In this document: positions 1 through 11,400 of the stretch, piece after piece
Numbering within the stretch: position 1 is the first letter of the stretch
Layout: every line of letters begins with the position of its first letter
Source of the DNA: Squatina squatina
Lineage: Eukaryota
Length of the DNA stretch: 34,160 nt
Reading direction: 5' to 3'
NCBI GenBank assembly: GCA_031763465.1
Contig: JARFOE010000001.1
Location: 8,248,407-8,282,566 of the forward strand
Notes under the pieces: generated by a model
What the model was told of the DNA's origin: nothing
Seen by the model: the letters and a program-made list of their open reading frames with translations, nothing else
The model's database searches: none
Program-made: the position numbers and the translations under genes

Positions 1-93
1 GGTGACGGTGAACAACGTTATTGGCAGAAGATTTTGGTGGATAGACAAGCAAAATTAAACCGACCACGGGACAAAAAGCGGGGCATGGAGAAG
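1..93 (+). CDS. LARP7: La-related protein 7, penultimate coding exon (C-terminal xRRM helix); 5' edge at the window boundary
   Basis: Frame 1 reads [31 protein letters not shown], matching recalled human LARP7 [31 protein letters not shown]. It ends AAG|GTAGTT (donor GT at 94-95). Base 1 may be the G of the acceptor AG. Confidence 0.95.
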
Positions 94-182
94 GTAGTTT
101 ACAAGAATATAGTAAATCTGAGTATATGGAGTGCATTGCTCAACCTAACAAATGTGACATTTTGTGTTAAATCTTTTTTTCC

Positions 183-189
183 TACTAAC
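183..189 (+). promoter_or_regulatory. Candidate branch point of the last LARP7 intron
   Basis: Perfect TACTAAC about 48 nt upstream of the acceptor AG (236-237). Confidence 0.5.
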
Positions 190-237
190 ATTTCGAATGA
201 GAAAAAGAAATCAGCTCTTAAAACTTCTTTGTTGCAG

Positions 238-318
238 TTGATTGTCAAGGCTGAAAAAATAATCGTGGCCAAGACGCACAAAGCTGGCAAGCACATACAT
301 TTCTCTGACGAAGACTGA
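238..318 (+). CDS. LARP7: La-related protein 7, last coding exon
   Basis: Acceptor cttctttgttgcAG ends at 237. The exon reads [26 protein letters not shown] (TGA 316-318), matching recalled human [26 protein letters not shown]. Phase 0 join to the previous exon. Confidence 0.95.
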   Translation: MIVKAEKIIVAKTHKAGKHIHFSDED

Positions 319-599
319 AGACAGTCCTACCTTGAAGTATCTTCTTTCTGTTGAAAGGATTTTATTTCTACTTTGAAGAATTTTAAGTTTTATACTGAAT
401 ATAGATAGTGTTTGCAGTAGCTAGAAAGATGTTCAGTCGCAAATTAAGAATTACAGTAGCGTGTTTGACTTTTTGTGCTTTCTATGGATTGTGTAAAGTT
501 GGGTCTGCAGTACGTTCTCGTTATTACTTTGGTGTTATGATTTAAAAGCCACAAATCAACTTCCACAATTCTCTTCTGGTATTGAAGCTGCGTAGATGC

Positions 600-605
600 A
601 TTAAA
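600..605 (+). terminator. Candidate LARP7 polyadenylation signal (ATTAAA)
   Basis: ATTAAA about 280 nt after the stop codon, followed by GT-rich gttgtggttgg. No transcript evidence. Confidence 0.3.
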
Positions 606-897
606 ATATCAGTTGTGGTTGGATAATACTTTAGGTGTATGATTTTAAACGTAGTCCCAGAATTTTGCTTTGTGAAACTGCGTTTAAAATTGTCACTTTG
701 CAAACTTTTCATGTACGTGAACATTTTTCAAAAATGCCTTTTTGTATTTTGTTAGGGGCAGATCGACACACACATTTGTAAGTGGTTTGTGAATATAGAC
801 GATTGAGCCTGCCTTACTAGATAGGAAAATTCCAACAAAATGTGATATTTTCCATTTCATTTTTCTTAATAGGCAGGTTCTACAAAGTAATAATTAA

Positions 898-1150
898 GTC
901 ATTGGTTTGATTTCCCAGGCTGTCAGTGCCTCTTCACTGGGGAAGAGAAAAATCATCCAAAGTTTCTGCTCCTGATTTCAGTGTCCTAGCTTCTGCTGGA
1001 AAGTGTATATATGTCGTTATGAGGTGAGAACGGTAGATTCTCTCCAGTCAGTAGCCACTGACCTCTACTCTCAATGCCCTCACGTGGAGAATGGCCACAT
1101 GATTGAGATACTGAAGGCTCATGGAGCTGTACCTGTAGGAGGGGGAAAAA
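898..1150 (+). mobile_element. Degenerate tRNA-derived SINE, AmnSINE2-like family, copy 1
   Basis: Shares ordered blocks with 19351-19712 (ggggaag..aaaaa / ctcctgat / tgagaac / tggccac~tggtcac / tggagc..tac) and with the reverse complements of 1793-1995 and 30465-30709. Family name is from a recalled consensus. Confidence 0.6.
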
Positions 1151-1792
1151 TAGCTCATCTTTTCTTGGTATTCCCAGTGACTGAGCATTAATTCCCCATA
1201 TGGTTAGGAAATCTCACTGATACCAATGTAACGGTGTAAGCAGATGGTACTGATCCCAGAGTAAGATTTTGATCTCCACATTTTCAGGCAAATCAGATGC
1301 CTGTGGAGTCACTTCTCACTTGTACTTTGTTTAATGTTAAAACAGATATCCAAATTTGAACATGGCTCCATTCAATTTTCATTCACAAAATGACAGCTTT
1401 TACCCTGTGGCTGAAAGAATAAGTGAAATGTTCAGGCAGTTGTGCTTTTTGTCCACTTGTAAGCTGGGTGGTTCCTTCTACCATTGCAGCCAGAAAAGGG
1501 CTTGCGAGTTACTTGCATATGAGCCTTTGTTTAGTGTTGTTTTGGCTGCTGTCGAAATTGTCTAATATAAATGGGGGTGTTTTTTTTTACAGTACCCAGC
1601 ATCTGAGCCAGGATTGCTTCCTAAAGCGGTTCTAGAAAATAAATGTGACCTATCTTTTGAGCTAGTTTCTACCCCTCCTTTTTCCTGAAGTCAATTGGTG
1701 TACAGGTCCATGGATCCTCATCATCCTCTTTGTGTGAGCCTAGTGTTGACAGGTTATTCAATTGCATGTGGGGGTGGAGGGGGTGGGGGGAA

Positions 1793-1995
1793 AACTCACT
1801 CTCATCCTGTCTTCAACCAACTGCACTTCCTGCAGAATCACTGGATTGTGATCAGATGTAGGAATTATTCTCTTTATTTCCCTATCCTTAATTGTAGCAT
1901 CTTATCACTGCCCTGGCTGAAATCAGTTACATCAACACAGATCAGGGATTGTATCTGAAACCTTCCTGGCCTGTATGGCTCAGCTCAACTCACTG
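1793..1995 (-). mobile_element. Degenerate tRNA-derived SINE, AmnSINE2-like family, copy 2
   Basis: Reverse complement reads tgagccatacaggccaggaaggtttcagatacaatccctgatctgtgttgatg...ctgatttcagccagggcag...gctacaatt...ctgatcacaatccagtga...gaagacaggat, typical of this SINE body. Confidence 0.65.
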
Positions 1996-4852
1996 TTAAC
2001 CACCGTGGTAGGGGAGGATGGGCGACAGCAGACGCTGGTCTCTGTTACAGGAGTAGCAAGCATAATAAGTGCCAGAGGGTGCATATCTCCATTTGTATAA
2101 TCTGCCTGTGGTTACTAGCAATGTACTATCTACAGTGATGTCTCGTTCCCCTGACATTGGCATGGTCCACACCTAGAAACAAAATGTAGTTATTTTTGGA
2201 AAAACTACATGCATTACTGTTTGTGTTGCTGCTGGTGCTCTGAAATCCACCAAATCTAAGCAGGGTAAACTCCTTGAGCGCCAATGACCTCCGGACACTA
2301 TGGAAATACACCCATTGGATATAAATGTGATGGAAAGGGAAGCAGCAAAGAAAGTTGCCTAAGGCCACTTGGGGTGTTCTGATATGAATACTTTGAGAGG
2401 ATGGTACATGCTCACCCCTGTGAGTTTTTAATATGCAAGACTTGTCTCTGCATGGGGTAGAGACTTGTAATATGCAGGATTGTCTCTCAGCATGTGGTCG
2501 ACCTCCACTTGATGAATGAGAGCCACTAGCACTTCAGTGACCAATCTGCTTTCAGAGGATACTTAATTGTGAATTCTTTTGGAATGTCATTCTTTGCAGT
2601 TCCACAGGCAACTGGTCAATGTGTTTTATATTCATTGGGTTATTCACAGCTAACAACTACTTCCTCTTTCACACCTCCCACATCAAATTCTCGGTGCAGA
2701 CTTTGTGTAAAATTACTTGTGAAATCAAAATATAAAATCCAAGAAAAATATCATGTAATCCTAATTCATTCAATGCTAAACTATCTACTAGATATGTTTG
2801 GTAATTGTAGATCCAAAGTAAAGTAGGTTGTAGAAGTGCACATTAATGTCTGTTTTAAAATGTATGGAATTTTTTTTTAAACTGTGTGCAAACCGGTCTC
2901 TAGTGAGCCTTTTGAGTTGCTCTCCCTCCAGCAAAACAAAAAGTGGGTCTTCTCTGCTGTCGAACATGTCGAAGTCCAGTAAGTGCATGTTTGCCATTGC
3001 TGTTGGCTCTGTAACTACTGCGCGCCGGGAGTCAATGACACTGGCGGACAGAAAAGGGACTAAAGATGGAGCAGACTTCCATGTTGGGAGCTCCAAATCT
3101 AATCTAAATTCATGGATATTTTTCCAGAAAAGGAGCAACCACAGGCAAGCCAAACTCTCCCCTTCTCCACGCTCAGTAACAGCCCATTAAAGAATGGAAT
3201 TCTCGGATGCCTGAGAGCAGGTCACCTGACCACCCCACCAGGAAAATGATCTGGAGATTATAACATTTCTAAATGAGGGGTGAAGAGAAAGAAACTAGCA
3301 ACAAAAAGTTGGAAATTAATTGTATCTTAAAGATTCTATCCAAAACCCAACAGTAAATCCACAGAAAAGTGACCATCTGTTTTTCCGGGGGGAAAATGAT
3401 AGTGCTTTAAAAAAAAATTGTAACCCTCCAACTGCTGCCCAAACTGAGATCATCCAAACCTAACATCAGATACCAGAAGGTGACTTTAGCAACTAGGTCA
3501 TTGAGGGAGTTCTGAGTATTGGCTTTAACTTATATATGAACAAGTTTTTAATCAAATGACATCACCATTTTACACTTTTCAGTCACATTTGTACTGCATG
3601 TTTACGAGTAAATTCTGAAGAACTATTTCTTTTCTGTACAATAAAGGAATATGTGTTTTGACAGCTAGCAGCGACTCAGGCAATGTGACTTGTAAAGGAA
3701 AACTAATGAGCTTTCTGAAGTATGTTTCCGGTTTCCAGATTCCACTAAAAACCTACCTAGCTGTAACCATCAATTACTACAGCTGCTTTGTGTCACCCAC
3801 TGTTTCCACACAAGAAAAAGAAAATAAATGTTTTAAATGCCCTTTCAAAGGAAAATTCCAGGATCCATCAGCTTATATTTACTACATGCAACTTTGCAAC
3901 ACCAACAAAATTCTGCAGCACATGATGCCCATAAGTATTAAAATAATTGTTTTGTTGATTGCTAGGTTTTCTTCAGTGATGTCTAGTGTCCAGTTTTTGC
4001 ATACATTTTATTACCTCTCTCTTAACTGAGGTGATTTAATAATCTGTAAAATGCTCAGATCCCCTTTACTCTGCTCATCATGTTTATTTCTCTTCATTTT
4101 ATGAGGGAAAATTTGCACTAATAAAGATTAAGGCCTTTTATAGAAAAATTAACTTTCGATTCAGACATAAAGCACAATCTCCATCTGGGCCATTAATGTT
4201 CCAGCAGTGGTCTTTTTAGAAAGTATGTTTATGGAATTTACATTTTAATTAAATTGTTTCTCATAAGAGCTAGAAGTGGTGAACACAGCACCAATCTCTT
4301 TTCAGGTTATTTGGAGACCTCATGAAGTCTCATTCATAGCTGCTTTTACATTTGTTTAATGCCGTAGTAAGGCCAATATAACTCCCAATCCACAGGTCAT
4401 ACTAAGTTGGCAGTAACACTAAAGTAGACTTTAATTAAAAAGGCAATTAAAATGTACTGAACCAAACAATTTTATTCTGTCAATATTTAAGAAAAGCCAA
4501 AGTGCAACACACATGATGGTACTTTCTGAGTGTAAATATAGTTGGGTGTGGAGGCACTCAATGATAATCCTATTGTTTGCTCCTGTCGTTTTTATGTTCA
4601 AGCTACAGGGTTCTGGTACTTTAATGAGAAAAGTGTCCTCCACCATCTGCAGTTAAGTAATACAAAATTATGGGCATTGACAAAGCTGTTCCTCTTACCA
4701 GGGTTCATCTCGTCAAGGTTTGAGAACACCACCACCTAATGTAAACAAAACTTCTGTCAGGACTAGAGGTAACATTTTTTGTAACAAGCGGCTTGTAAAT
4801 TGAGGTTCCATGGTATGAACTGAAAGCAGTGTTATGTAACTGCAAACTGAGT

Positions 4853-5041
4853 AGAACCATAGAAAAGATACAGCACAGAAGGGGGCCATTCGGCCCATCA
4901 TGTCCGTGCCGGCTCAAAGAACAACTAGGTACACATTCTAATCCCACCTTCCAGCCCCCGGTCTGTAGCCCTGCAGTTTACAGCACTTTAGGTGCAGGTC
5001 CAGGTACCTTTTAAAAGAGTTGAGGGTTTCTGCCTCCACCA
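4853..5041 (-). mobile_element. CR1 LINE 3' end (ORF2 C-terminus and 3' UTR), truncated by a gap
   Basis: Minus strand encodes VEAETLNSFKRYLDLHLKCCKLQGYRPGAGRWD*, then gatgggccgaatggccccc-ttctgtgctgta...ttctatggttct, the CR1 3' tail. Confidence 0.9.
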
Positions 5042-5141
5042 NNNNNNNNNNNNNNNNNNNNNNNNNNNNNNNNNNNNNNNNNNNNNNNNNNNNNNNNNNN
5101 NNNNNNNNNNNNNNNNNNNNNNNNNNNNNNNNNNNNNNNNN

Positions 5142-5332
5142 AAAAAACTGCAGTTGCAGGATATCAAGAAAAAAACAAAAAATGATGGAAGCACTCAGCG
5201 TCTCAGACTGCATCTGTCCAATTTTGAATTTTGACGAAGAGCCCACACCTGAAACGTTGACTCCTCTGTTCTTTCCACAGAAGTCTCCTGATCTGCTGAG
5301 TGTTGCCAGGAATTTGTGTTTATGTTTTCTAT
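5142..5332. mobile_element. Palindromic non-autonomous repeat (Penelope-associated/MITE-like)
   Basis: The left arm tggaagcactcagcg..tcagactgcatctgt mirrors the right arm acagaagtctcctgatctgctgagtgttgcca. Core tgacgaagag...ctgaaacgttgactc. Related ends lie at 13614-13687 and 22025-22050. Confidence 0.65.
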
Positions 5333-5499
5333 AAATCCAAGTTGTTGCAGCTGGGAGTCTGGAATTCTTCCCACTTGGCTCTAAGTAACCCTGCAAACAG
5401 TGCCCTAATGATGGTGGTCCTGGCTGGACAAGTGGCAAATTCCAGATTTTAAAAGCTTGCAGTTTTGGACTTCTACAATGAGGTTTTGAGCATGGCTCA

Positions 5500-5588
5500 A
5501 AAAACTGGAGTGGGATTAATTGGATAGCTGTACCACAGGCACGATGGGCCGAATAGCCTCCTTCTGGTGCTGTACCTTTCTATGATTT
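5500..5588 (+). mobile_element. CR1 LINE 3' UTR fragment
   Basis: gagtgggattaattggatagct...caggcacgatgggccgaatagcctccttctg.tgctgtacctttctatgatt is the same tail as 4853-5041 in the opposite orientation. Confidence 0.85.
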
Positions 5589-6388
5589 CAGTTTACATTT
5601 CAATAACCAAACGTATAAAATCAAAGAGACTATTAAAACTCATTGCACAGCAGGGCAATCCCTATGTATGGTCTCCCTCATTATCCACTTGTAAGACTGC
5701 TAGAATTTTCCTCCAGGTGTGCTTTTTCAGCTGGCTATGTCAATACTGATAACAGCTTCTTGCTATTTAATGTACTTTGTTGATAACATTACGCAATGGC
5801 TCTTTGTCTGGCATTGTCTATTGCTACAGTACCCATGAAAAACCTGAAATGTTGTTTAAATCAGATACTGAGAACACAAAAAAAAAACAAATATTTGCAA
5901 GGGAAAATCACCATTGAGCCCAAATCTCTGAATACAATGGGATCCTTTTCAAACAAAAAAAGGAAAGATAAGCACATTTTGCANNNNNNNNNNNNNNNNN
6001 NNNNNNNNNNNNNNNNNNNNNNNNNNNNNNNNNNNNNNNNNNNNNNNNNNNNNNNNNNNNNNNNNNNNNNNNNNNNNNNNNNNCACATCAGGGCTGCGCT
6101 TCTTGTGACTCTTGTGCATGAGAGGCCTGCAGTAGCAAGAATGACTGCTAGTGTCAGAGCTTTTTGGCTGCTTTCTAAAAACAGCAGCCAGAAGGCCAGC
6201 ACTGCTGATCCTGTATCTTGGGTTGTGTCTCTTGCTGTCTGTCCCTCTCAGATTGGAGAACGGTTGGGTACAGGGCTCAAGTCCAACTTCTTCTAGGTGC
6301 CCATCAATACGGATGGCCCTGGACAATCCAAGGAATAAGGAAGGAGACCAGGAACACGCACTCTGACTTTGTTAACAGGACTGAGCCT

Positions 6389-6452
6389 TTGGCTTAATGG
6401 TAGCATTCCAGCCTCTTGAGTCAGAATGTGCAGGGTTCAAAACTGCTTCAGA
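6389..6452 (+). mobile_element. tRNA-derived SINE head (DeuSINE/SacSINE1-like) with Pol III A/B boxes
   Basis: TGGCTTAATGGTAGCA (A box) ... gcctcttgagtcagaa ... GGGTTCAAA (B box). No cloverleaf, and the SINE body is absent. Confidence 0.6.
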
Positions 6453-6969
6453 CAGTCCTAGTTTGTGTGAAAACCGGAGGTCTGGCTCTGAATTCTGTGT
6501 TGAGAGCCAGCGGAATACTCACATGTGATGGGTGTGGGTGCGATAACCCTCTCGCCTTATCAGACTGACTACCGACAAATGGTTACCCACAGAAGGTGCA
6601 TTTATGTCACGGCCTGTCAGACTGTTAATAAGCCTACAAATCCTTCCACGACTTCACACTGCTCTCCAAGGGAAGAGTATGAAGACAATGGTCTCATTAA
6701 CATGGTTGCGCTTCAGCTGGGTGGAGCTATTGGGCGTGCCCTTGGCAAAAACCTTGGAAATCCCAGATCACTGTAAAGGTAGTAGATAACCATAATACCA
6801 AGTCTCCACTCTCTTATTCTGTGCTTTGTAGCCAGAGAAAAGTGTTCTCTGGGCATAATATACAGGAAANNNNNNNNNNNNNNNNNNNNNNNNNNNNNNN
6901 NNNNNNNNNNNNNNNNNNNNNNNNNNNNNNNNNNNNNNNNNNNNNNNNNNNNNNNNNNNNNNNNNNNNN

Positions 6970-7137
6970 TCTCATTCTTCTAAACTCTAGAGAGTACAGG
7001 CCTAGTCTACTCAATCTCTCCTCATAGGACAATCCCCCCATCCCAGGAACCAGTCTGGTGAACCTTCGTTGCACTCCCTCTATGGCAAGTGTATCCTTTC
7101 CTAGGTAAGGAGACCAAAATTGTACACAATACTCCAG
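6970..7137 (-). mobile_element. CR1 LINE ORF2 fragment (downstream of RT)
   Basis: Minus strand reads LEYCVQFWSPYLGKDTLAIEGVQRRFTRLVPGMGGLSYEERLSRLGLYSLEFRRMR, a hallmark CR1 ORF2 motif. It runs into a gap. Confidence 0.95.
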
Positions 7138-8423
7138 GAAGGAGTAGGGTGGGGAATATCACAAAGGTCATATTCATTTGATTACATCACATATTGAATC
7201 AATAGCCGGCTATTTTAGTATATTTGTTTTTCCAGGTTACACATTATTCCCCAAATGTTAGAGAGCAAGGATGCTAACTTCTCTGGAACCTTGATTGTGC
7301 CGCTTTAAATTGAAGACTAGAAGATACTTAAGAGAACACAGGTTCAGCTGTCTCCTGTTTTCCAGTCTGACCTCTTTGGAAGTGCTTTATCTATACTCAG
7401 TGTTTCCTGCTCATGATGAGGTTGCACTTTTTAAAATTAACAATTCATGAAGATGGCTTAAAACTACATAAAAAAAAAACCCTGCAACCTTCTAAAAGGA
7501 AGTGTTATGGAACTGACTGTCTTTTCATAAAAATTTTGATCAAATGTATGGGCAATTCCACATTCCAATTGACTGCTTAACATTCTTTAATACCTATTCA
7601 AGTACAACCTCGTGAGGATGGCTCCTGTGTCCTGCTGCTAGTTAGACATTTGATAGTTAGACTTCACCAGATACTTCCAAACGGGAAAATGAATGTTCTT
7701 ACTTCAATTCATCTACTATTGTTTTCTTCAAATTATCAAAAGATATGACAATATAATATAGGATTGAGTATATAGTGTTCAATCAAACAATGTGGGCCTG
7801 GCCTTCAGTTAACCGCCCCACCCTCTATTACACGAGCACAGACATACATGCATGCACATATGGATGGACACACATGCTACTAGCAGGTTAATAGTTTACC
7901 TCAATAATTGAAAAATGCCTAATCAGTTTCAATCAAATTTTTAAAATCCAGTCACTGAATTCCCTTTGAAAATATGTATATAANNNNNNNNNNGAAAGAA
8001 TCCATTTATCCCTTTTACATCACTCTAAGATACACTGAGCTAGTCCAATAACTTGAAAAACAGCAAAACTTAAACTTCATATATGACCTTGCCTCATTAG
8101 CACTGGGTTCTTTGCAAAACTGTAAATGTGTTCCATTGGTGTAACTTTAAGAAGTTATTTGTCACTGTAGTAACTTCAAAATCTTACACCAAATGCCAAT
8201 AAAGTGTGAGACTTATCTAAGAAACTATTTTATGAACCAGTGTTAACATTGAATTATGATTAATATACTTTTTTGTTTACTTCTGTTGAGTTTTACAATA
8301 TTTTTTAGTGTTGAGTACTGATGATCTGACCTGGGTAACTGACTAGAGAAATAAGTGTCTGATAATATGGGAGAGTTGAGAGGGAAATGACAAGGTCGCT
8401 GAAGAGTCCCGGGTTAATAGCTC

Positions 8424-8492
8424 AAGGGCAACTAAGAATGGGCAATAAATGCCAGCTTTGCCAGCGATATCCATATCGTTAGTATGAAAAAC
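8424..8492 (+). mobile_element. 3' tail of an L2/CR1-type LINE or partner SINE
   Basis: agggcaactaagaatgggcaataaatgccagctttgccagcgatatccatatc resembles a recalled chondrichthyan retroposon tail. Confidence 0.6.
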
Positions 8493-11400
8493 AAATTAAC
8501 CAATGATATGTTATTTCTTGTCCCCCACATTGTCGGAGNNNNNNNNNNNNNNNNNNNNNNNNNNNNNNNNNNNNNNNNNNNNNNNNNNNNNNNNNNNNNN
8601 NNNNNNNNNNNNNNNNNNNNNNNNNNNNNNNNNNNNNNATTAATAACAGGGAAAATAATCACAAACCTAGTCCTGTTACATATAATAGTAACGATTTTGC
8701 ATGAACCTGCATGGCTTTTACTTCAACTTCTGCAATATTTTAAGTAAAGAAATTAGGTTGCATTATGTAGTTGACATTTCTTGTCCTTGGGAAATTGAAT
8801 GATTACCAAATTGCCAGCATGTTCACAGTGCCAAAGTATATCAGCCCCCAGATCAAAAATCTCCTTGCTGGGTTTGTTATTTGAATGTTATATTTGAAAA
8901 GTTTAAAATTTTTAAAAAATAAAACCCTCTGTTGTAGAAACGAGTCATATCTCCACTGTTGCAACAGCCTGTAAATGCTAGAAGTACCTGTGTCATGAGA
9001 GTCAGTTTTCTGGTTTTCTAATAGAGTATAACTGTGTTTGTAGTTAATTCAGTTTGCCAGCAGAAACAACAGTAGGTTCTTGCATTGCGGGTAGAGACAA
9101 TGCAGTACATATAAATCTGATTGCTGAATGACGACATTAGCGAGTGATGTACAAGTTAGCTTGTTGTTTCCACTCATCTATTGTGACTTATACATAAAAA
9201 GAATGTACTGACTGCAAAAATGAATTTCCCACCCTGCTCAAAGGTATCTGATAAATAACAGAAGGGGCAGGAAAAAAGGCAGTGGGAGAACAGTGATTGG
9301 TGTGTCTGCTTATGATGTAATTTGAGGGTCATGTGATATTAGGTGAGCTGTGAGTGGTGGAATTGAAGCACATGTATCAGTGTGGAGGTACCAAGAACAG
9401 ATTGCCTGCTAGACATCTTTTAGCTGGCAATTGTGAGGACTAACAAGCTCAGTACATCTTTGGTGTCTGAGCCAGTAGGATTTGACTGTTGAGCTACATT
9501 GATCTCCCCCAGAAACTGCAAAGTTGGAGCAAGGTATCATGAAGGCTTTTTGTCTTGTATTCGGTGGTAGGAAAAGAGTAGATGAATTTACATNNNNNNN
9601 NNNTGAATTAAATCAGCCTTTACTTTCCAGATGATTTTATCTGTAGCTGCATGCATTTAACCTTTTAGCCATAGATAATACATTAGATACTTTTTCTGTT
9701 TCCAAGCTTTGATGGTTGACTTTCATTTGTTTTAATATTGTCTCAATTTAATTATTTTTTAAATATGTGGAATAATCATTAAAAATGTAAATTCTGTGTC
9801 TTTTGCCAGTGAATCTTCTGTTCTATTTGCTGTCTTTGTCTTTTGGCTATTGTGGAGTGGATGGGTCAAGGTGTGTTTTTCATTGCTGTTACATCCTTTT
9901 GTTTACTGTTTTTGGGTGTGTACACGCCAACATTACTGATTCTGCCGCGTTAGTGCAAGTACAGACACTGGTAACTTAATGCAATTATGTAATGGAGAAA
10001 GTGATGTTCAGGGCTCAGATGTTAATATACAGCAACATTTTTTTTTGTTGCTGTCTGTAAAATCTGTGCCACCTTTCCTTCATTAATCAGGGGACTGCTG
10101 GAGGCAAAAGGGACAGCTTTAACTGTCTAACCACTGGAAGACTGTGCAGTACAGGAAATTGCCCCACCCTTGCCTTTGTGTCCCACCTTCTAGGCAACAT
10201 CACCAAATTACTTTTGCCTGTTTCTCTTCAGTAGGGCATTTTTAACAATGATTTTTTTTTACAGTAAACTTTAGTGTAGGACTAAATTAAGTTACAGTAT
10301 TTAAATATATTCTCAAACAGATAAAACATAGTTTTGTTGTGCAATAGGCAACTAGCTACGAACTGATGTTGCATTATTGTCAAATTTCACTGTCATTTTT
10401 GATCAATAGAAGCAGTGTGTGTCAAAAAAGACTAACAATTCTGACTCTGCAGGTTTGCAAAATTTACGCTTTAACCCCTTGTGTTCAGAAGACCTTCAAA
10501 TCTCCGTCTCGTTTTCGCAATCCGTTTTGTATGTAGTATTCCTGACAATGTTTAAGAAAATATTTAACCCTACAGTGTGACTGAAATAGTCAAAACTGGA
10601 AAGAAGGAAAGTGCTAGAATCAGTGTGGTGTGGCCTCTGATGAGCCATTTTATGGATGAAGGGCACGNNNNNNNNNNNNNNNNNNNNNNNNNNNNNNNNN
10701 NNNNNNNNNNNNNNNNNNNNNNNNNNNNNNNNNNNNNNNNNNNNNNNNNNNNNNNNNNNNNNNNNNNATTGCTAATGGTATTGTTGGCTTATTACATTAG
10801 TTGGCGCTAGCAATCTGCTTACTCTGGTGTATTGTGGGTAATAATGCAGGTTGCATACAGTGCTTAAATGGCTCAGTGACTCTAGTTTCTGAGCTGTACA
10901 GTAGGCAAATGAGTCAGCTACAGAAGTGTCAGCTCCTAAGTACAGCCCTGGTTTATAGGAAATGTTTTAGCAAGACAGAAAGATGTTTAAGTTTTGCCAT
11001 TGTCACACCAATGATAGCACAATAGTAATAGTGAAAGATTAGTATGGTATTTTGTAAGCGACAGCGTTGAAAGTAAAGAAATGGTAATCTATAATAAACC
11101 AACAGCAGATTGAAGCTAATCCTCATTTGGTTTGCATTGAAGATAAGTATTAAAGTATTAAGATTTTTCTTAATTTGGGGAGCCATCATCTGTTTATACT
11201 TCTATTTTAGATGGGCTTTAAAAATGCACAATTTGTGTGGACATGAAAATAACATATGGCATTTAAGGAGTTGCTGAAGTTCAGAATTATTTTTTAATAT
11301 AGTACAGGCTCTGTGTGACTTTACAATATGCAAAGCTGTTAAACCAGAAAATATTTCTATGTCTGGTTCTGGAACATTCCTTTGAATGATGACAGTTGCT

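Noticed and set aside
1-318. miR-302/367 cluster, which is hosted in a LARP7 intron in amniotes
   Set aside because: The host intron lies upstream of this window and no such hairpins are seen here.
2429-2498. Imperfect direct repeat of about 30 nt (taatatgca.ga..tgtctct..catg.ggt) as CRISPR-like
   Set aside because: Only two degenerate copies in eukaryotic DNA; a simple local duplication.
6389-6452. Functional tRNA gene
   Set aside because: Only A/B boxes are present, with no acceptor stem or cloverleaf. It is a SINE head.
10636-10667. CTGATGAGCC...GGATGAAG as a hammerhead ribozyme or C/D snoRNA
   Set aside because: It has GAAG rather than GAAA and an imperfect stem II. The sequence is cut by a gap and no D box is visible.
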